Source: Yuukianura sp. NJ FZ-2021 (lineage: Eukaryota). Taken from it: a stretch of 64,000 bases of DNA. The notes under the pieces were generated by a model. It had not been told where the DNA came from, did not search any database, and worked only from the letters and a program-made list of their open reading frames with translations. Shown one piece after another: positions 1 to 10,588 of the stretch. Within the stretch, counting starts at the first letter, position 1; the number at the start of each line of letters is the position of its first letter. The stretch covers positions 11,098,001 through 11,162,000 of the forward strand of contig CM102290.1 of the NCBI GenBank assembly GCA_046563655.1. The letters run 5' to 3'. The position numbers were made by a program, and so were the translations under genes.

Positions 1-11
1 TGTTGTTTCAG

Positions 12-3000
12 GGCTACTTTGTGTCGCTTTTCAACAGATTTGATTCCTTCGTCGTTGTGAGTTCAATTTTGGAACTGTGCCTCACGCGAACAAATATCAT
101 TCCTGCCATTGGAGTCTCCGTGCTTCGATGTGTTCGTCTACTACGTGTATTCAAAGTTACCAAGTAAGGCCATCCTACTCAATCGGGGTCATTGACCTGC
201 ACTAGGTGCTATTGACCTCCCTCCAGGCTAGGGTGATTGATTACATATAGAGAAACACCCCGAAACTGCAATTCGTCGTTGAGTTATTGGTAATTCGGGG
301 TGAATGAATTGTGTAAAACAAAATTTTTGAGGTCATTGACCTTTGAGGTTGTCAACTTACGTTTTGGCAGGTACTGGCGGTCGCTGTCGAACTTGGTGGC
401 CTCACTGCTCAATTCCATCCAATCCATTGCCTCACTTCTTCTTCTGCTCTTTCTTTTCATCGTTATTTTTGCTCTTCTTGGAATGCAAGTTTTTGGTGGG
501 AAATTTAATTTCAACAACGAAGACATCTACAGACAAAACTTTGACAGTTTTTGGCAAAGTCTTCTAACAGTTTTTCAGGTAAGTTTTATTTCCATTGTTT
601 TCAACATTCCACAAGTATTTTTGTTTTCTGCGACTCTTCTTGTAAAAAAAAAAACTTGAATTTCCAATTTTTCAAATTGAACTGTAAAGTTGTCTACTTT
701 TTTTAAAAAAGCAATCCAAAGTTGAACTATCAAGAAGCGCCATTTGAAACTAGGTTTGGTGAAAACTATTATGATAAAATTTACCAAATCATTTGCTTTA
801 TTGACAGCATTTTTGTTATTCGTTTGGTATTGTACCAATGCGTACATTAGGAAGCCATAATGTTAGGCTAAGTTTAGACTTTTAACGTTTAGTTGCTAGC
901 TGTCCAGAAGTTTACCGCTGTCTCCAAAGGATAATGGGATCCTTAGTTCTCAAGAAGTATTTACGCTTCTTAGGAGTAAGTTTTTGCTTACGTTTCTTCC
1001 TCTCAAACGCCTCTCTGTAGTAAGCCATTCGGACTTCTCGATCCTCATCTACCGACGGAGCTGACTCCGAAGACGAAGACGAACCAGTCCGTCGTCCCAC
1101 GAAGTCGTACACCATTTTCCGTTTCTTCCTTCGCATCATCAGTTCCTGTCGTTCCATTTCGTCTCGATATGCAACAGCTTCGGCTCCAAGACGTGCCAGT
1201 TCCTCAGCAGCATCTGCCTCCATTCGTTCACGGTAAACTTCTTCCTTCAGTTTCCGATGTGGATCCATTTCCATCATTTCCATCATTTGCTGAACAGTTT
1301 CTTCTTCCTTTTGAAGACGCGTCTTTTCATAGCGCTCGCCACCATCCAGCAGTGGCACGGCGGCCCACAACTCCGCATCCAGTTCCATATCTGACAAACT
1401 TTCGTCCAGCAGTTCCACCATTTCGTCATCCGGTTCAACGTAGGTCTCGTACGGCTCCAGCAGATTCCGTACCTCTTCGGGTTCACTCTCACTGCTATGT
1501 CGACGGAACAGGAGCGGAACGCGGTAGAAAACGTCGCGGTAGATTTCGTTGTAGGCGTCTTTGTCGTTAAAGCGAATGCGCTCTCTCCACGTGACCATCC
1601 AAGTAATGATGACTTTGCGACCGTAAACGTTTACTGATGGGTAGAGTTTTGGAAGGCCCCAGAGGATAGGCGTTCCCATGAGAAGCCCAAGGCAGAAGAA
1701 GTAGATCGTATGAAGAGCGAAGACAAGGCAGAAAAAAACGAGCCAAATAAGAATGGCGCAGCGAATGTAGTCGTAGTGTGAATCAGCATGGATTATCTTG
1801 TGGTACTTGATTACTGCGGCGTCCTCTTCCAGCTGAAGTCGGTTCCAGAAGTCAAAGTCATTGAGGTATATGGACCATTCCGACCAGTCCAACCCGGAAA
1901 CATAAAATCCTGGATTACTAGGGTCATCGGGTTCATCTATAAGTAGTTCCTGCAGAGACAGATCTCGTGTTACGAAGCACGTTTGGAAGTCCTGGAAGAC
2001 TAAGAATGGGAACATCTTCATGTTGCTTGTTGTGTAGTACCATTCCCTGTTATTACAAAAAAAGAGTTAATCAAAATTTTGCGTTATGTTTCAAATTTAA
2101 AACGTACCAAAAATTCGCGCCAAGGACAGTTTTAGATTACGTTTCTTTGTACTTACGACTCCCAATAACGTTCATTGCTGTTAATTTCGCCTGCTCTAGA
2201 GGGAGCAGGAAACATGTAGAATCCAAGGACAAGCAAAAGCATGGGCCATGGCCAGGCTGTGACCGTGAATCGGTCAGTGGCGCGAAAAAGTGGAGTCATA
2301 TTTATGTTTGACCTCTTGACCTCTTTCGTGAAAAAAAAATCACTGTTCCTGCTTGGAGTTGAAATTGTTCAAAGAATTTACACAGTGGTTGAGAAAATTG
2401 TGAAGACTGAATCATTTTTGTTTGAAAAGTTTCCAAATACATTTGGATTGAAAGTAAAAATAGCATTATAGCAAGTTGGGTGGCATGACGAAATTACAAA
2501 AACATAAAATAAAAATTAAAAAAAAACTCGGAATTTTGAAGCATAACAAATTAAAAATTTTCCTTTGTAGATCTTGACGGGTGAAGACTGGAACGCTGTG
2601 ATGTATCAAGGGATTCAGGCGTACGGCGGTGTTGGTTCCATTGGGATTCTCGCCTGCGTGTACTTCATTATCCTATTCATCTGCGGAAACTGTAAGTTCG
2701 CGACGCCAAACCGCAAAATTTCGTGAAAATTCGATGTGATCCCAAATTTCTTACAGATATCCTGCTCAACGTCTTCTTGGCTATCGCTGTTGACAATTTG
2801 GCTGACGCGGAGTCTCTGACGGCTATCGAAAAGGAAGATGAAGGCGGAGAGGTTAGTCAATTTTGTGGAAGTTTTGAATGTCACGAAAGGTGATTTATCC
2901 TGGTCACTCTTTAGGGTGAAAGTGGTGTTGGAGGAGAGAGAGTCACAACTGTAGTTGAACATGGAGAAGACGAAGATCTACAGAACAACACCGATGACAA

Positions 3001-6000
3001 GTAAGACATGACTTCATTCATTTGGAATCGCTTACGATAAAAAGAGTCACGCAACTGAAAGAAAAAAAAAGTTGGCGAACTTTCAAAATTTTGGTTCCAT
3101 TTCTTGGTAGCCGTGAAAGTGAAGACAGGGAACCCGGAACAATGAGCTTAGACGAAGGCGAAGAAGACTACGATGACAACAAGGAAATGGGAGGTATTGA
3201 ATTTTAATATATATCTTTACCCGGTCAAAGGTCACAGAGATCATTGGTCAGTTTCAGATGATGAAGAAGTAGATGAAGAAGAGCTGGAATATGACGACGA
3301 AGACGATGCAGAAGAAGAAACGCTGGAACCCGTCACAGCCAGGCCGCGCCGAATCTCCGAAATGAAAATTCCGACAAAAATTAAACCACTGCCAAAAGCC
3401 TCCAGCTTCTTCATCTTTTCACATACTAATAGGTCTGTAACTTAAAAAATTCCAAATTTGAACAAAAGGTTTAAAAAAGGACAACGTATTTTTAAAAACT
3501 TCAGATTTCGAGTCTTGTGTCACCAGATCATAAATCACAGCATCTTCACTAACATCATTCTAATTTGTATCCTAATTTCATCTGCGATGTTAGCTGGAGA
3601 GGATCCACTTCATGACTCCAAGGGTTCCACCAGAAATCAAGTGACATAATATACTTTATTGATATCATTTACGATTTATTATTACATTTTTTACAACTAA
3701 TTTCAGGTTCTTCAAAAATTTGACTACTTTTTCACTGCCGTATTCACAATTGAAATTAGTCTGAAGATGATTACGTTTGGATTTGTTCTTCATCATGGAG
3801 CCTTTTGTCGTTCAGCTTTCAATATGCTTGACCTCCTTGTCGTATGCGTCTCCCTCATGTCATTTGTTATTTCGTAAGTTGCGCGCCATTTTTTAAAAAG
3901 TTACTAAAAACTCCATTTTCGTGTTTCTTGTTTACTGTTTTTTTTGTTTCCTGTGTTTAACTTACTAACATCCACTGTTTTTTGTTGCATGGATTTGACT
4001 TTACTAGAAATTTGAACTGATTTTAGACACTTGGTGAGTCGCCTTTATGATACTTGCTTGAAAGAAGGACTCAAACGACACTCTGCCCCTTGTCACGCAT
4101 ACGTTCGCTCACGAGCTGAAAACTTGTAAGTTCCTTACGCAGACGCAGAAACTCCTAATTTGACCCACTTAAAATGTTCTTGAGAATCGGAACGAAAGAA
4201 GTGTTTTGGAACTTAAGCATTTCTGATAGCTGGGTGTAGGATTGAATTTTGTGTGAATCTAAAATACTTACATTTCAAAGTTTTATGAATTTTCTTGTTT
4301 GAATTCCCGCGAAAAGTTTTCTGGTGATTTGGAAAATGTCTAAAGGTTAATAACCTTTGCAGAAGCGGAGCCATGTCCGTTGTGAAGATTCTTCGTGTGT
4401 GTCGCGTTCTGCGACCGCTGAGAGCCATCAATCGAGCAAAAGGTCTAAAGGTAAACGCTTTGCCTTTTCTAGAGCCATTTTTTGAATTTTTGAAAATCTT
4501 TTTAGATCAAGCCAAATTTTGTGTTGTAGCATGTAGTTCAGTGTGTCATTGTAGCAGTAAAAACTATTGGAAATATTGTACTCGTGACGTGCCTCCTCCA
4601 GTTTATGTTTGCCGTCATCGGTGTGCAGTTGTTCAAAGGAAACTTTTATTCTTGCACTGATGAGTCCAAGCTCACTGCGGAGGAATGCAGGTAAACACAA
4701 TTTTTAAAACTTCAAATAAATAAAATTCTAAACTTCATATTTGCTTTTTCTTTTTGAAATTGAGCAGAGGTGAATACTTCGAGTTCTTAGATTCAGATGA
4801 ACCACAGATACAGCCCAGGAAGTGGGCCAACAACAAGTTTAATTTCGACAATGTCGCAAGAGGAATGCTCACTCTATTTGCTGTGTCAACGTTCGAGGGT
4901 TGGCCAGAGTAAGTCTGTCGTTGTGTTTATTAACTGAAGTTACACCTAACCAATTTTAGTTAATCAGATCGTATTTTCAGAATACCCTAAAATTTTGACC
5001 AAATTTAAAAAAACAAAATCTAGTTTTTTTTTCAAAATTTGACGAAAAACTTGATGTTCGATTTTGGAGTTTTCAGAATTTCTAAAAATTCTTCACATTT
5101 ATTGAAAGCTTTTCGTGAAGAGATTTGCTCTCTATCGCTTTCCGTTCACGAGATATAAATTTTCAAAATTTCATTTTAATTTTCAAAAACTTTCAAAATT
5201 CATAACTCGGGAACGGAAAGCGATGGAAAGGTAAACTCTTCGCCCCTGAATTCACAAAAATATATAGTATTTTTAGAAAATATAAAAAGGTACCCTTAGA
5301 TTTTGACCAAATTTCGAAAAAATCCATGGACTATAGTCCATGGTTTTTTTCAAAATTTGACGAAAAACTTGATGTTCGATTTTGGAGTTTTCAGAATTTC
5401 TAAAAATTCTTCACATTTATTGAAAGCTTTTCGTGAAGAGATTTGCTCTCTATCGCTTTCCGTTCACGAGATATAAATTTTCAAAATTTCATTTTAATTT
5501 TCAAAAACTTTCAAAATTCATAACTCGGGAACGGAAAGCGATGGAAAGGTAAACTCTTCGCCCCTGAATTCACAAAAATATATAGTATTTTTAGAAAATA
5601 TAAAAAGGTACCCTTAGATTTTGACCAAATTTCGAAAAAATCCATGGACTATAGTCCATGGTTTTTTTCAAAATTTGACGAAAAACTTGATGTTCGATTT
5701 TGGAGTTTTCAGAATTTCTAAAAATTCTTCACATGTATTGAAAGTTTTTCGTGAAGAGATTAGCTCTCTAATGCTTTCCGTTCACGAGATATAAATTTTC
5801 AAAATTTCATTTTAATTTTCAAAAACTTTCAAAATTCATAACTCGGGAACGGAAAGCGATAGAAAGGTAAACTCTTCGCCCCTGAATTCACAAAAATATA
5901 TAGTATTTTTAGAAAATATAAAAAGGTACCCTTAGATTTTGACCAAATTTCGAAAAAATCCATGGACTATAGTCCATGGTTTTTTTCAAAATTTGACGAA

Positions 6001-9000
6001 AAACTTGATGTTCGATTTTGGAGTTTTCAACATTTCTAAAAATTCTTCACATTTATTGAAACCTTTTCGTGAAGAGGTTGGCTCTCTATCGTTCTCCCTT
6101 CTCGAGATATAAATTTTCAAAATTTCATTTTAATTTTCAAAAACTTTCAAAATTCATAACTCGGGAACTAAATGCAATAGAAAGGTAAACTCTTCGCCCC
6201 TGAATTCACAAAAATATATAGTATTTTTAGAAATTATAAAAAGGTACCCTCAAATTTTGACCAAATTTCGAAAAAATCCACGGACTATAGTCCATGGTTT
6301 TTTTCAAAATTTGACGAAAAACTTGATGTTCGATTTTGGAATTTTCAATATTCCTAAAAATTCTTTATATTTTTTGAAACCTCTTCGCGAAGAGATTAGG
6401 TCTCTAACGCTCTCCGTTACCGAGATTCCATAATAGTCCATGGTTTTCTCCCAAAATTTGACGAAAAACTTGATGCTCGATCTTGGACTTTCCAACAGTT
6501 CTGAAAATTTGCCACATTTTTTGAAAGTTTTTCCCGAAAATGTTAGCTTTCTATCGTTTTCATTTCTGGAGTTGTGAATTTTCAAAGTTTATTGCAAAAA
6601 AATTTCAAATTTTCTGAATGTACATGAGGAAATTGAGTGAAGGATTGCGTGGATTCATCCGAATACTAAAGCGTTTATTCGTGTTTTCAATAATTTTAAT
6701 TTAGTTAATTACGATTAGACATAGCTGTTCTTATATTTAGCAGTAGTAACTGCAACTAGCTAATCTTAGTTGCGCTTAATTAGTTTTAGGTCACTTCATT
6801 AAGTCTAGAAAACCTTAACTGTTGATGGATAACGAAATTTCTAAATTTCTTTTTCACAGTATGCTATACACTTCAATTGACTCAAACAAGCAAGATCATG
6901 GCAAAATTTACAATTACCGTCCCTTTGTCGCCGTCTACTACATCGTTTACATCATCATCATCGCCTTCTTCATGGTCAACATCTTCGTAGGTTTCGTTAT
7001 TGTCACTTTTCAGAACGAGGGAGAGCAGGAGTACAGAAACTGTGACTTGGACAAGAATCAGCGAAACTGTATCGAATTTGCTCTCAAAGCTAAGCCCGTA
7101 CGTCGTTACATTCCCAAGAACCGACTGCAGTACAAAGTGTGGTGGTTAGTGACTTCTCAGCCATTTGAGTACGTCATTTTTGCCCTCATCCTCATCAACA
7201 CCATCACACTCGCCATGAAGTACCATCAACAGTCAGACACCTACACGCTGGCACTAGACTATCTCAACATGATCTTCACTGCCGTCTTTGCCTTGGAATT
7301 TGTTCTTAAACTGGCAGCCTTCCGTTTCAAAAATTACTTTGGGGATGCTTGGAATGTCTTTGACTTCATAATCGTCCTTGGTAGTTTCATTGACATTGTC
7401 TACTCGGAAGTGAATAGTGCTGGTCACTTTGAAGGAGGTCGTAGGTCAACAGAAAAGCGTCAAAACTTGTTTTCCGTTAACTTTTTTCGACTGTTCCGTG
7501 TAATGCGGCTTGTCAAGTTATTGAGTCGTGGTGAAGGAATTCGAACGTTGTTGTGGACGTTTATAAAATCGTTTCAGGCTTTGCCCTATGTTGCTCTTCT
7601 TATTGTGATGCTCTTCTTCATCTATGCGGTCATCGGGATGCAGGTTAAATCTAAACAAAATACAGTCATTTTAATAAAGAAACAAAAAATTAAAATATTT
7701 TAGAAACTTTTATTGTACCTTAGATGTTTGGAAGAATTGCGCTGGATGACACTGATGACACAGCGATTACATCCAACAACAACTTCCAAACGTTTCCGCA
7801 AGCCATTTTAGTTCTGTTTCGCTCAGCTACTGGAGAGTCGTGGCAAGAAATCATGATGTCCTGCACTCAAGGAAAACGTTGTGAAATATCTTCCAGTGAG
7901 GACACTCTAGATGAAATCGCTTCAACGGTGTCTCCAGACGGTAGCGGCAACGACAGAGGATGTGGCAGTGACTTTGCTTATCCCTACTTCATATCCTTCT
8001 ACGTCTTGTGTTCTTTCCTCATCATCAATCTCTTCGTAGCAGTCATCATGGACAACTTTGACTATCTCACTCGTGATTGGTCCATCCTTGGACCCCACCA
8101 CCTCGACGAATTCATTCGACTTTGGTCAGAGTATGATCCTGATGCTAAAGGAAGAATTAAGCATGTTGATGTAGTGACTCTGCTCAGGAAAATATCACCT
8201 CCGCTGGGTTTTGGAAAGTTGTGTCCACATCGCGTCGCTTGCAAAGTTCGAAATTCAATGCCATTTCTAAAAACAAGAAAAGAAAACAAATATACTGATT
8301 TTCACTTGCATTTTAATTTTTTCAGCGTCTGGTGTCCATGAACATGCCGCTGAACAGCGACGGAACGGTCATGTTCAATGCAACGTTGTTTGCCGTTGTA
8401 CGGACTTCACTTCAGATCAAAACGGCTGGAAACATAGATGACGCCAATGCAGAGCTCAGAACAATTATCAAAAAAGTTTGGAAACGAACAAGTCCAAAGC
8501 TTTTGGACCAAATTGTTCCACCTCCAGGGAGTAACGCCACAATTTTCAATTTAAAAATGAATCCGAAAAATTTCAACTTACTGGTTCAAAATGTGTGTTT
8601 CCAGTTGACGATGAAGTTACTGTTGGCAAGTTCTATGCCACGTTCTTAATCCAAGACTATTTTCGTCGATTCAAAAAACGAAAAGAACAGCTCAAGGAGC
8701 AGGGAGACAAAGAAGCTCACAATACAGTCACACTCCAAGCAGGACTTCGAACACTCCACGAAGCTGGACCAGGTTATCTGAGTTTTGTCAAATTCAAAAT
8801 TCCAACGTAGAATTGAAACTAAAATTCTGAACTTTCAAAATTCTGTTTTTTTTTACATTTGACTCACGTTGTTGGTTTCAGAACTCAAAAGAACCATTTC
8901 AGGAAATTTGGAAGAAATGGCTAACGCGGAGATTGAACCAGAGCCAATGCACAGGGTTAGTACAAAGTCCTGCACCATGAAAAACCAAAATTTCAGAGAC

Positions 9001-10383
9001 ATTTTGAATTTGAAAAATGTGTGTTGACTTATAACATTTTACCATCCAGAGGAATCACTCACTGTTTGGAAGCATGTGGTCGTCAATGCGTCGACGCGGT
9101 GTTCCATTTCCAAAATCTCCAAGGAATTCGTCTGCGAAAGGCGTTGTTGCCACTTCTGGGACCAATCACATCTCACCCTCACCAACATTCCTCAACGACG
9201 TGTAAGTCCCTGCAACCACATGAAGGTTCCAAAGTTATAAATTTTTTGAAACTGAAATGAAAATTCTATAATGTTTTTTGACCAATTTAAAACTAATTAC
9301 ATACCTCATTGTTTAGAACCCTCTCTGATGACGACGATGTTGACGATGACATCCCGATGAGACCTCTGCGTCTTCCAGTGACTGTTTCCCGGGCAGCTCC
9401 AAAAGAAGAAGTGGTGGCCGAGTAAATTCAAATTTGCCCCCATCTAACACATTGACTTTTCTCTAACCACCATTTTAAGTAGTTCCCTCTACTCGTTTTG
9501 CTCCAAAAACGTGACCTTTGACCCCTAAATGCGTTTACATTCCCTGTTCCTTGTGCCTTTAGGAGAGACGGCTATCCCTCACTCAACCTCGCCTCGGGTA
9601 AGACAATTTCTATGGAATCTTCGTTTGTAATTATTGCAGGACTTCTGACCTTGGACTGACCTCACCTTCATCTTCCGTCCTACTAACTGTTGCCATGGAG
9701 ACTCTGCCTACTAACACAGACCTTCCAACACAACCAACCTTGCCTCAGTCACAGAGTGCTCATGAGCTGGGGCCCTGCCGACGAGGTCTGCCCTCCGGCT
9801 CCATTGCAGACTAAAATAGAACGGACAACAAGCGGTAGCGACGTTTGTACTTCCTAACTCTCGTCTGATATCCTACAGTGACTCATGGAGGGCTCAACGG
9901 TGCGGGGCGACGACTCAGTGAACGGGACTCCAAGGACCGGTCGCTCTCTCTGCCCGAAGTCATCGGTTCAGCTGATAAGCTTGTCGTTAGAGTATAACTC
10001 CATCAATTAAGAGCATGTTCGACTTATTCCGCGGGAGGGTGGAGCCTATGACCTATCCATGACATGATCTTGAAATAAGTTCCACCCCTAGCGGAGTAAT
10101 TCGTCACTGGTAATTGTTATGTTGACAATCGACAGTGTTTGATCCATATCTTGAATATGATTGGACTCAGGTGCTGGCACAGCAAGGTCTGGCAAAATAC
10201 TCTGAAGATGCAGAATTTGTACGCTACACGGCAGCGGAGCTGCAAGAAGCGTTGGAGATGACACGAGAAGAAATGGATCGAGCTGCTCACCGACTTCTAA
10301 TGGAAGAAAAGGGCGGAGCCAAGCTGTCCTTCCATTTTGACCCACCATTTGCTCATGAAGATGTCGATGACCAGATCAACTAA
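12..10383 (+). CDS. Ca-alpha1D: L-type voltage-gated calcium channel alpha-1 subunit (Cav1), 5'-partial, multi-exon (domain II S3 to C-terminus)
   Basis: Spliced exons give IIS4 ([17 protein letters not shown], 12-163), II pore ILTGEDW (from 2571), IIIS4 [25 protein letters not shown] pore STFEGWP (~4885-4907), IV pore [10 protein letters not shown]-hand/pre-IQ, IQ motif [19 protein letters not shown] and a distal C-terminal regulatory segment [16 protein letters not shown]...[16 protein letters not shown]. Stop TAA 10381-10383. The junctions I checked are GT-AG and phase-consistent. Confidence 0.97.
912..2299 (-). CDS. Nested antisense gene in Cav1 intron; 425-aa predicted type-I membrane protein of unknown family (exons 2299-2157, 2046-912)
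   Basis: The 369-codon ORF extends upstream through a phase-2 intron (donor TC|GTAAGT at 2156, acceptor taacag|G at 2047) to an exon encoding [38 protein letters not shown] (signal-peptide-like). It has a hydrophobic span [28 protein letters not shown], an acidic/coiled-coil region and a basic tail. Minus-strand AATAAA at 797-802. Confidence 0.8.
4027..4125 (+). CDS. Candidate 99-nt in-frame cassette exon of Cav1 (domain III S3-S4 linker)
   Basis: ttttag|ACACTTG...AAAACTT|gtaagt; phase 2/2 matches the flanking exons (end 3873, start 4363); no stop; encodes [33 protein letters not shown]. Confidence 0.55.
4965..6600. repeat. Intronic tandem array, 318-bp period, about 5 copies, each unit internally palindromic (fold-back/MITE-like satellite)
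   Basis: Perfect 20-bp palindrome CCATGGACTATAGTCCATGG at 5324, 5642 and 5960, and with 1 mismatch at 6278: spacing exactly 318. A second inverted pair (ATCGCTTTCCGTTCACGAG / CTCGGGAACGGAAAGCGAT) lies inside each unit. Array edges are degenerate, so boundaries are approximate. Confidence 0.95.
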
Positions 10384-10588
10384 ATATTAACAGAGCACAC
10401 CCAAGCATTCAATTAATTCTGATTTATAATACTTTGCACAAAGTTATAATAAATTTGTAATCCATAAGGGTTCCAGCGCGGCACAAACACTTACGAAAGC
10501 TGGAACTTCCAAAAATAAGTCAAAACTGTATTCAAAAGCTTAGGTTAGGACGGATGAAGGAAAGGAGTCAGTCGAAGATCCTTGTTAG

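Noticed and set aside
1169..1570. 133-aa plus-strand ORF
   Set aside because: Antisense shadow of the nested gene's coding sequence.
4965..6600. Regularly spaced palindromes resembling a CRISPR array, and the 6304-6585 ORF
   Set aside because: The 'spacers' are near-identical, the period is 318 bp, the context is a eukaryotic intron and there are no cas genes; the ORF is a repeat by-product.
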